Below are positions 23,601 through 35,600 of a stretch of DNA of 64,000 nucleotides, one piece after another. The position numbers and the translations under genes were made by a program. The stretch comes from Callorhinchus milii (Eukaryota). The notes under the pieces were generated by a model that had not been told where the DNA came from, did not search any database, and saw only the letters and a program-made list of their open reading frames with translations. The first letter of the stretch is position 1, and the number at the start of each line of letters is the position of its first letter. Where the stretch lies: the NCBI RefSeq assembly GCF_018977255.1, contig NW_024704742.1:117678001-117742000 (forward strand), in the 5' to 3' direction.

Positions 23601-26600
23601 TAATGGAGTGGAGTTGAGGAGGCATAGATACACAAGTAAACAAAGACCAGATAGATAATCACCGCTTCTCTGTATTTTCTAAACACACACGATGGGAGTT
23701 CTTCGGTATATTTTGCTCTTCAAAAATGTACATATAGGGGTACACAATGAAGAAAACAGCAACAACAGTCTTGATTTCAGACTTGCCAATGGACACCTGC
23801 ACATCACATCTATATATGACTCAATTCGCATCACAGAGCAAAAAAAACTTGTGCAGCAGGTGACCATAAGGAAGCCAAACTTTTTTTTTAATGAGACGAA
23901 TTGTTAGGACACTTACAAATTATTCATTTTAGTCAAGTTAAAAACTAATAAAAAACAACTGGAACCATAAAAAGCCTCCTCAAAAAGTCAGCCAGTTCCT
24001 CTGATAATTATTTAGGAATTCCTTCTGGAAATACCAGAAGAGAACCACCTAATGGTTGGCTTTGACTGGGTCAACATTCTCATCAAAGAGCCCAACGTGA
24101 ACATAGGGTACTACAGAATCATTGCCCCTAGATTCATTCACAAAGCATTGTACCCTGGCTTCAGGGGAGAAGAGTTATAGGAGAAAAAAAAATTCTAGTA
24201 TTGTTGAGTTAACCAATATGTATCAGTTGTTAATGGTTTAGGACATCCTAAATTGTAAAAAGAGCTGCACAAAGAAACCTAGAATTACAATTATGTATAG
24301 AGGTTCCTCACCTTGCATATTTAAAGAACGCAATACAGGCATCGAGGCTTCTGGCATTTCAGAATGATCTCCATGGTTGGACAGTGGGGGCATCAGCTGC
24401 CTGCAAGATATCAAACAAGAACAGGAATAATGATAGCAACAATATACATTTTTAGCATATCATGGCTTTTCAGTAGTGTTAAATGAAGAAATATTGCGAG
24501 TAGCACACAAGAAATCAAGCTTACCCTAACATTTGTATAGCGCCTTCCACATTGGAAGGCGCTATACAATGCCCAAGGCATTGGATAGTCAGTGATTTGG
24601 ACCCGAGCATGGGTTGGAATCGGAGGGGGTGGTGGTGGGGGGTTTTGGGGACAGTGGAGGGCAGAGAGGGTAGGGGTAGGAGGGTGGCCGAAGGCGTGGG
24701 GGCAGAGGAGGGTCTCGAGACACTATCGTGCACAAAGTGCAATATACCCGAGCCTGGGGGAGGAGATAGAAGATGGGGTTGGAAAGGTGGGGTGAGATAA
24801 CGGAGGGATTTGAAAGTGAGGATGAGGATCTTGGAATTTATTGAAGAGAAAGTCAAGTGAGTGACGATCTTACATACAAATACAGGAGTCAAAAAACAAG
24901 GTTCTGCATCAACTCGTGAGGTTGAGAGAGCATGAGTGCGGGTCAACTGAGTCAGCTCCTGAGATAAGCAGATTCTCAGTCTTTCTGACATTTACATGAT
25001 TTGAGGACAGAGGCGGAGACATAGTTGGAGGTCATCCTGTATATGTGGAAGTGGAATGAATGCATGCAGATGATTCACCGAGTAGGAGAGGACAAATGAT
25101 CTGTCAAATAACTGACAACTTTGGATTAATAAAGTGTAACTGTAATTACCTTTCTCTTCCCCTTCCAAAGAAGGTAGGATCAGCAGCAATCTTCAACCCA
25201 GAGCCCATATCCTGACTGCTCCTAGTACCTAGATTAGTCAAGTGAAATGGTCCGTGCTATGAGTAGAAAAAAGGCCACAGAGATCAACAGGCGTGATTGC
25301 ATACAATTCATAAAACAAATTTATAACTTATGAACACCAATATCAATTTTATTCTTGTAATGTAAACAGGATCTTAAGACCTCTTTAGCATTAGATGGGA
25401 ATCAATATGGAAGGGACGAACGAGGTGGTACAATAGCTTAGCTCATTTAATTTCTCTTCTGGAACCTCGGTACAAATCCAGCTCAAATTGATGGGATAAA
25501 AGTCCCTTCATCTGATGAGTATACACAAAATGGGTTGAAGCAGTCTTAGACAGGTTGTTAACTTGGTATGGGCCACACAAAACAAATAAACTTTTTTGGT
25601 GCTTTGTTAATCTCATTTAGTCAGCTATGGCTGATTGGCAAATGAAAAAAATTGAACACGCAATTTGGGCCTATTGATAGTATGGAGTGGAGAGGGCATT
25701 TTCTAGCTAACTATTACACTTGCCCTGGGAGTGTTTCATAATGACAAGTTATCTGAAATAGGAAAGTGATGCATTTTCCAGCAGCCACATAAATCATCAA
25801 TAAAATGAAAGTCAAAAGGAAATTCTAGTATTTTGATCGTCACTATACGTTTCAAACATAAATATTAAAAGTGAAGCTGTAGGCAGAACAGCTGCAGATA
25901 CTTTTAAGGTTCTGGCAATTGGTTTCTTACACTCAACTATTACAAGGTCACTGTTGCAAAATAATAATAATTCCATAATGCAGAGGTTCTCAAACTCCTG
26001 GGGGGGTGGGGGGGGGACATGGTTGTGCGCTAAGGGAAGCGGCGGTTACGTGCTTCCCAACAGTCTCAGGTGTCACAAGGCTGCTCTGCTCCCACATCCC
26101 GGTGGGGCCTCTCCCTTGATGTTCAGGACCTGCAATGGCACTTCCCCCAGTGGCTACGCCCTGCGACAGTGGGCTTCCCACAACAGCCAAACCCTGCCTC
26201 TAACTTTCAACACCACAACCCCAAATTCTACTATTTTGTACAATGAGGAGACAGGCTCACTCCTCTCACTGATAAGGTAGATAAATTTCCGCTGACAAAT
26301 ATTTTACTGCCATGGTCTGTAGTTGTTTGGTGGTGTGATTCCCAGGAGTGTTGGTGGTTTTGTTCTGGCTGCTGCAATTTGTGCTCTTTTTGGGCAGAAT
26401 AATGGGATAGCACAGAGGGTGCTTTGTGAAGTAAATTAGTGCTTTTGACTCTCATACTCAGTGTAACTGTATTGATCTGAGCCCTTCTACTTTGTTGCTC
26501 GTACTCTTGCGTAGTATGAGATTTTCGGGTTTTTGTGTTGTCTTGGTGGAGGTGCAATTGCTTTTTTTTTTGGCTTAGAGAGGCTCACTGTGACAAAGTT

Positions 26601-29600
26601 TGAGAACCCCTGCCAAAATGTATCTGAATTTTAAACCAACCCATTACAACAAAACTTACCCAACTTGGTAAATTTGAACAATTTGCATGAACAAAATATT
26701 TCCTTAAAAATCAGATAGATAATATATTAGAACATGGGGTTTAAAAATAATTTCTGAAACGTCAAACTAAGTCACCAATTTTTTTAATGCTATATGAGAA
26801 CTTTAGGAACCCTACATTTAAAGTTACATTGATGGATTGGAGAGGGCTTAGATTGGCAAGGGTGATTCCAGGATTTAGGGCTCTTAAATTATGAGGACAG
26901 ATTTGAGAAGAGGTAGTGGGATGTTCGCCAACAAATATACAGGCATTACACTTCACTGTAGAAATCCTTGGAGGACATAAAGGACTATATAAAATGCAAA
27001 GGTATATAAATTTATATATTTTTTTAAATGTTTGGTTATTTCATTTGAACAGTGAGGGCAGATCTAGGGAACAGGAATATAAATTAGCTTGCCTCAAGTA
27101 AGGCAGGATTAGGAGAAATTTCCTCACCCTTCCTGTGTATAGTGATCATGTGAAATAGATTTCCACCTGAAACAGCTGGTGCTGTGAGTGAATTTATTTA
27201 CAGAATAGGATGAGTATCTGATTAGGAATGGGTTTAATGATCCTAGGGATAGGTACAGATAAAAATGATTGAATGCTACGTGGCTGAATACTGAGTCGAG
27301 TTGCCAATTGCCACAGATGAAAGTGTAGGATGTAAGGTTAACATTATGCAGTATTGTTCAATTTACCTGAGGGCAAGGAGATACATGCAGAAACTTTCCC
27401 CAGGAAATTAAATAGGTTTGGTAGAATCCACACAGAAGTAATTAAACACGGTCTGAGGAAAGAACAGGCTAGATGGGCTTAGGCTTTTCTTGTTCTAGGT
27501 TTTCTTATGAAAAAAATCCATGTAGCGCTGTGCATTTCAGCAGAATACAACGCTATTATAACACTTGCATATGAAAGAAAATCACCAATAAATACAGCAA
27601 ATATAATGAGCTGCCTCATCTTCCGAATCCTTCATTATGTTCATTTTGTCCAGTCAAAATTGTAGAAATTTTAGGTCTTCATTACGTATGTTTGTCACGG
27701 AGATTGCAGAATAAATCCATTTGTCAAATTATCAATTTAAACCACAATGTTACTAAAACTTCTTTCTTATATACCTATACATGTAGAAAGTTCTCATGGA
27801 ATAGAATCTACATCAAGATTGAGTAATAATAGCTATGTTTCAATGTCTAATTATAAAACAAGATTCCATTTGAAACAAAACACAAGATTTGAATGGGATA
27901 AAGTTCAATATTCATAAATTCATGATTTTCAAGTTCGTCGGTAAACTAACCTCTCTCAATATCAAGCACTATACATAATAAATTCTCAATAAGAGCAAGG
28001 CGGTTCTAACAGTCCTGAACCCAAACAAATCCTGAAAAGGATTATTTTCAAATCTGATACATTAATAAAACAAATTTTCCCTAACCACAACTTTACCTCA
28101 TGCCAGCAGTATTAAATTCTAGTCTGTCCTTTTTAAGAGTCATTATTTCAGTTAGTTTGGTAAATCATTCTATCAAAATCTAACCTGACACAGCTACACA
28201 TTTAACAATTTAACAACAGTCACACAACGTGCAAACACTATTGTTGGTTTTATTATCTATCAAAATTAAACAGCATACAATGCTTTTTTGAAGTATGCAA
28301 GCAGATGTATTTTAAAGATTCACATTACCGCAGCAACAGTTATAAAAATACTTTAGTTGAGCTTTTTTTAAATTTCTCAAAATAACTGCATCATCACCTC
28401 CATAAACCAAAACAATTTCTGGCACAACAAACTGCACCTATCAACATTCTACAAATGTTCTTATCGCTTCCAATAAAAAAGACCTTGATCCATTTGCATC
28501 ATGCACTGCCCATTTTGTCTGTCAAGCTCTCTCCTTTCTGAGTTTCACCTATCGAGTCCTAAATGCACTACATTTAGTTATATTGGTGTAATTCTAGTGG
28601 TAGCTCCGAGCACGCACATTCTGAGCATACCTACCTGGTATCCAAGAAGTTCTTCTGGTGTATTGGCCATTCTCTCTTCTCTGAAACGTCTCTTTTGTGG
28701 TTGAGAGGACGACACAGGAGGTGGCATTGAAACAGGGTTATTAGTACTTGTGGCCGGGATCTGATACTCTGAGCTGGACACAGAGACTGGCATGGGGGCA
28801 GAGTTTACATGTTGGACCTATGAATAACCAACAGAATACTTAATTCTAGATCTGTAGATGAAAGAGTAGTTCTAACAATCCACACTAAAAAGCTGTCGAA
28901 CTCCAGTTTCTTTCCATTTCTATTGTCCCATTTCCCCACTAACTTAAGGTGAAATATAATTCTTTGGAGTGACAAATATTTTTAAAAGTCTATAAACCTC
29001 AAAATTTACAGTATATTCTGTGAAGCGCTTTGAGACATCTCAACGACATGGTAAGGCCCTATATCAAATGTAAGGATTTTTATTAACTTAACTTAAGATC
29101 CTTTCAAAATAAACATGCTCCAGTTATTTTTACTTGTCTGTATTATTACATTAGTGACACCATACAAATATGTCACTAATACAATCATAGGGAGCATTAT
29201 AGAGAGCACTAATGTGATCATAGGGAGTAGGGAGAAAAAAATCAATCAGAGTTTCTGCCCGTGAGCAGGATGTGAGCATGTTTGGACATCTGGTGAGAAC
29301 TAATTGGGATCAACTGCTATCCCCAAGTTAAATTACTTCCCAACACCCACTGTCAAACCTCAGATAAACAGTTAGGCAAGTTATCATAGGGTGACTGGAG
29401 CTGTACCCAAGAATTAAGAAAAAGGAGCCAAATTCCACAGTAACAATAATCCGTACATTTATTATAGCACCTTTCATGTCAAGAGGACATCCCAAAGTGC
29501 TTCATGGGATTTAAATTACTGTAGAGACTGTTTTGCGGTAGCCAATTTGTGCACAGCATGAAGTGAATGACCAATTTTATTTAGGGGATGGTTGGCCAGG

Positions 29601-32600
29601 ACATAGGGAGAAATCCCCTTCTATTTTCAAATAATGTTATGGTACCATTAATGTATACCTGAACAGACAGATGCGGCCTCGGTTTACATCTCAAAGGACA
29701 GCACCTCCAACAATGCAGCACACCCCCAGCAGTGCACTGGAGTGTCATCTTAGATGAATTCCAAGTCCCAAAGTGGAGCTTGAACCCACAAACCTTGTGA
29801 CTCAGAGGTAAGAGTGATACCAACTGAGCCAGGCTGACACACAAACTGGGAGAGGGGAGATTGAGCCGGACTGACACACAGGCTGGGAGGAGGAGACTGG
29901 CCAGGCTGACACATAGGCTGGGAGAGGGGAGACGGAGCCGGGCTGACACACAGACTGGGTGGGGGTGGGGGATTGAGCCGGGCTGACACACAGGCTGGGA
30001 GGGAGGGGGAGATTGGGCCAGGCTGACACAGACTGGGATGGGAAACGATTAGGAATTATTTTAACATCTGACAATCTGCTGATGAAAATCCATTAAAACT
30101 TGAAAGGCCTCTGTACTCATTTAATATATATTTTTTAAAACAGCCATATTTTTCTATTCTTGTATGCATAGTTGAATTATTTCCTGCAAATTAATTTGAT
30201 TTTCAGATCACTAAGACTGTCTCAGTATACTAGTGTAGGCATTGAAGTTCAACAATACTTGTCTGCAGCAATAGTGTTTTTTCTACTGTATTGTAGAACT
30301 CACTATTATTGTAATATTTTAATATAGGAGGAGTTCACCAGTAAATGCAGCAGATGGAAAGCTGTATCACTTTCTCAATCCTCCACAATATTCTTATTGC
30401 ACAGTCAGAATTTGATTGTTGGGTAAACTGATTTCTTTCTATGAAAACCCTTCATTTTCTGCTAAGATAAATGCACAACTCACAGCTCCTACTCTTAACA
30501 GACTCTTAAAAAGAACACCGTCCGGCTATTCCATGAGAACATATGTATAAACATATGTATATATAAGAAGGAAGATCATCTCTTCTGTAAATATGTTGTA
30601 AGCAACAAATGGATTAGTCCAAATTTCTATTCACCTTTCAACGGTTTTGTTGTAATTAGAATGCAGATGGATTTCTGAGAGCATTTTGTGCCTAGAATCT
30701 AGAATTTTTAAAATCATTGTTAAGTCATTTTGTTTTTAAAGAAATAAGGTATTTATTTCACTCTGAAGTTATTAAATGGGCTATAGTTTGGTATCCCAAT
30801 TTCACAACCGGTTGTCTGGCCTCAGGACAATCAAGGTGTCGGAGACATCACCCTTCCCATCCTGTACCCTATATATAGAAGACAGCCCCACCTAACATGC
30901 ACCAGTTTGTCATCCTGTGCCCTATATACAGAAGACAGCCCCACCTAACATGCACCAGTTTGTTTTGACCCGTAGTTGTTAAAAGAAAAAAGCCATTAAG
31001 GCAATGAGAGAGTGATGTGGAGGATGCTTCAACTTGCAAAAATGAAGACAGCCCACAAGATAGGTTGTGTGTCTCTAGTCTTAATCTGGTAAATAAAGCA
31101 GAATACAATATTGATTGCCCAATGATGCACAGCTCATGGGGTAAAGACACTGCAGCACTTTAAGGTAACCAATGCATTATATATGGCAACCCAGATAGAA
31201 CAAGGTTCCTCCCAGCACACAAATGTCCTTCCTCCAATGGTATGTGAAGGATAATTCCTTATTCCGTTCAGATTAACAGCACCTCTAAAGGGTACCAAGC
31301 CAATTTAACTCAGTGTAAACTTCTCCAGTTTTTGAGCAACATTGAGAACCAATTTCTGATTAAAGAAATGTCACTAATATGCTTCAACTAATAGATATTG
31401 AACCTCAATGCTAATATCGTACAACCAAAATGTATGATACTGTTGAAGTGACTGGAGAAAAGATGTTTCAACACAATTTACCAGAGCAAGTCAGTGACTT
31501 AAAAATTAACAACCATTGTTAATTTTTACAGAATATTAAATTAAGTGGTTATATTTCAACCAAGCAACTAATTCTTCATGAATGAGCACAGGACTCATGG
31601 AGTCCTGTCGCTCAGTGGTTAGAGCATTCGCCTTGCAAGCGAGACACCTGGGTTCAATTCCAGGCAGGGCGAAACCTTGGGCAAGTTTCCTTACTCCACA
31701 CGCCTAATAATAATCCTTCCAAAAAATAATAATAAATTGGTCATTTTCAATCCACGATTGTTTGTGGGACACTGCTGTGCGCAATTGGCTGCGCGTTTCG
31801 CCCCCAAAGATACAGCCAATTCACTTTGCAGCATATTCTGTGAAGCGCTTTGAGACGTCTAGAAGACGTGAAAAGCGCTTTATCAAATGCAAGGATTATT
31901 ATTATTAGAAGCCACAAAGTATTTGCAGACAACCAAATCCAACACACTCAAATCTGATCCCTTTTCTGTTCTCACAAGGCTTCTGCAAAAATTACAGTGA
32001 AAAATCATTGAACAGATATCAGGAATTCCTAGCCATTTTCCTTCCCAACTAATGTAACTAATTTAGGATAGAACAGGAATGAAATCCAGGACATGGGCCA
32101 TATACAACACATTGTGTATTTACTAATTACGCCATTGGGTTGCAGATTTATAATTTATGCCAATTTGTTTTAACCTTCTTCTCTGAGTTAAATCCAATAA
32201 TTAGCCCAATCCTGCATGCCTTCCAAATTTAAGTTAAATCCAATGACAAACATAGTTTTGAAGCTGAACAAAACTGAAACATAGACTTGTTTTACTTTTC
32301 CGTTTTTCTCTCTAGCCATGTACCATAATTACACAGATGTAATGTGCATCAAACTTTCAAAAAAAATGTAAAACTTTTATATTTCAAAGGGTTAAGAAAG
32401 AAGACTAACAAATCCATCTATGCTTGAGAATAGTTTCAGTAGATGAATTTTTAACCTTCAAGGGATGTTAAAATTGAGTAGATTATGGGTGTAATTCCCA
32501 CATTTTGTGTGCAAACGTTGCATCTACATACCACTCCCAGAAGATTACACTAACATTAGTTGTATTTAACATTAGCATTTTGTTTATCTTAGTAAAAAGT

Positions 32601-35600
32601 GCCAAAAATTACATTAAGTGGCTGGAATGCTATGTATTTAAGCAGAAAACTGCTCATTGAACTCTTGAAAAGCAAATAGTTGTAGCAAACGAAGCCAACA
32701 TGGAGGTTTACAAATGCTAACTGTAAACAGAATCTTTATTTCTGCTATGGATCAAGCAGACTCCAGAACCCACAATCAGCGCCTTGTATTGCAGCCAAGA
32801 GTATCTAAATCAGCTTTTCGGAAAGGAAGAAGAACTTTGCTCAGTTACTTAACTTGTGCACCCTGCCAATGTTTCCAGTGACAGAAACTGTTGACACATA
32901 CCTAACATGAATTGTTTCGGAAAACAGAAAAATGTCTTTCCTTTATCCCAACTTTTAAGTGCATTGAGCAAAATCATTTACTCTTCCATGCATATGGCCG
33001 CTGTGTATCATTACATAAAGAATGTTTAGGACAATAAAGGCATATGGATTGTACCAGGATCCATAAAATTACAATATATATTTAAATAATTAATATTGTC
33101 AATTTAGTCACTTTTATATCATTCACAAAATCTTAAAACAGAATAACCCAGGTTGCTGCTTTGAACTTTTGTATTTCTACACCATTTTCTTCCCAATGTT
33201 TCCTTACATCCAGGCAAATAGATTAGCGAGCCATAGAACATTTCCAAAGGCACAATAAATGCTAATCATTTTTTTTATTCTTCACCAGACTTGAGTGAAA
33301 GAGGACAGAATCCCTATTGAGTCTGATTTTTGCCCTATTATTAACTGCATGGTGACCAAAAAGTTGGGATATCTACCCTATTATCTAAAAAATTACCATG
33401 TCTTTAAGACTTATTAGATATCGTTATGGTATCACAACTTTTTGATCACCCTGTAGAAAAATTCAACCCATAGGTACATATATACCTTTTTAAATATATT
33501 CAATAAAATTCAGGAAATTTGATTACTAAAGACAGTCAAACTTGGATCTTATAACCAAAGTCTTCGTACTCTGAAATACTCAATAGTTTTGGTTGTGCAA
33601 AACTCCCTCTCCCCCATGTGTAGACGATGCATTTGATGAAAATCTATTGAAGGTTGTTTGTTACCGATCTCACTAAAAGTCAAAACTCTGGAGATAACTA
33701 TTAAATTCCACTGAATGCTTCCATAAAGTTTCACTCAATTTGCAACAGGGAAACCATTATTATTAACTTTAATCAGATTCAAATAGGTACTCTTGAGTAG
33801 TTAAGGCACAAGCTTAAGTACAGATGAATCACTTTTGGGAGGGAGGGAGGGAAACTTGTTGTTTTACAAATATTACCATTTAGCAGTAAACCACAGAATC
33901 TTACATTTAAATACAAGGATTGCGCATGGTATAAAAATCATCAATGGTGTCCATCGCTTTAATGCTCTTACCTGCTGTGAAGATGCTCCAGTTTGTTGCA
34001 TTGGTTGTGGCGCATAACAAGGTCCTGGCATTGGTTGTGGCACAGAAAAGTTGTTCTGGGGTACTGAGTGCATCATCCCCGACACAACTTGACTTTGTGA
34101 CATCTCTGTAGGCAATCCAGTACTGTATGGGGTTTGAAGAGGCTGCCTTAACTGCTGTGTAGAATACTGTACATTTGTGTTTGCATACGTGTATGGGACA
34201 GATGATTGAGGCTGAATGGGATATGGCTGTGACGTCATCACAGGAGGTAGAACAGAGACAGGATTATGGGCAGGAGCCATAGCTGGAGATGGTGTCACCA
34301 TTGGATAGACTGAAAAATATCAAAAATTCCAGCATCAAATATCTGAAAATTTGTTGGTGAAAATCAACACAACCAAAAAGACACAAGTTCACAACCCGAA
34401 AAGACACAGCGTCCTCCCAAGTGAAAGGCGCAATACAAATGTAATTTTGTAATGTATTTAACATAAGCGATAATTACTTACTACAAAAACTACCATAACT
34501 TGATGCTTAAGCTTCACTTAATACAGATTCAAAACAGTAACTATATACCAGTAGTGAAGCTCAACAATATCTGTCCAGTGTTTATTTCTGTTGCGATACA
34601 CACTGATACTTTAACATTTTTAATATGAAGTTTTACCACCAAAGGCAGCATTCATAAAAATAATGCATCAATTTCTCAATTCACTCTATCCAGTCAGTGA
34701 CTCAGAGTTTATTCAATGAGTTGTTGAGCCACAGACAGGTTTCAGGTTTGATTCATGATCTGATCTCAACTGGGTAGTGCTTAATGGCGCTACAGTTGAT
34801 CTTAGCACCAAGATTGAGGAGAAGAAAACTTCTACTGGAAATGGACACGTAGACAAAGAAGACTGAAGAAAACATTAAGCTTTGCTCACAATCAGTTTAT
34901 ATAAATATAATGGCTACTTGGTAAGCACCCGAAAACCACACATTCAAATGCATTCAGCAGGCACAATGAAGGGAGAAAATATACAAGTGAAAAAATAGTG
35001 CCTGATGGTACTTTTTGCTATGACAAATACAAAAAATACTAAAAAAAATTGCATCATCATGCCTTTACGACACCCATGTTAAATCAGCACATGAACTGGT
35101 AATATGATAGACTAGAGACTGGAAATCAAAGGTCAAAGCAGCTTTAGCAATCAACCAAAGTAGACCGATAGCAAGAGGGGCAAAAGATGTAAACCAAGAA
35201 GGCATATATCTACTTAACTGCCTACTTAAATACTAAATTTGTCGTTATCCAAAATAATAAGACCTGGCTGGTGACCATAAAATTTAACCGTGTTGAATCT
35301 GCTCTCTGATAATAATTTGACATCAGATTTTTCAGTGAAGTCAACATAATCAGTACCTCAGGACTCAAATTTGAAATGTTCAACCTACAACTATACTGGT
35401 GACTTCAACATCCAGGCATGAAAACATGCATTGGCTTTAAACATTTACTCCTAATTTCCACCCTGTGTAAGAATACCTGATGGTGGTCCCATTCCTATGG
35501 TCATCTGGCTTTGGTATCTAGAATACTCTGCATGTACCTTCGGGGGAAAAAAAGCAAGAATTTTAAAAAGATATTTAAAATGTCGAGTATTTTGAACTAT

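Noticed and set aside
24100..24160. AGGGTAC...GTACCCT hairpin in intron 13
   Set aside because: No H or ACA box at the right position on the host-sense strand.
30414..30520. Second H/ACA-like remnant on - (AGAAAA..GGGU...ACCCA-ACA-AUC), reminiscent of a SCARNA4 3' end
   Set aside because: The 3' hairpin is too short and there is no convincing 5' hairpin. It could be a decayed copy but is not supportable without a covariance-model search.
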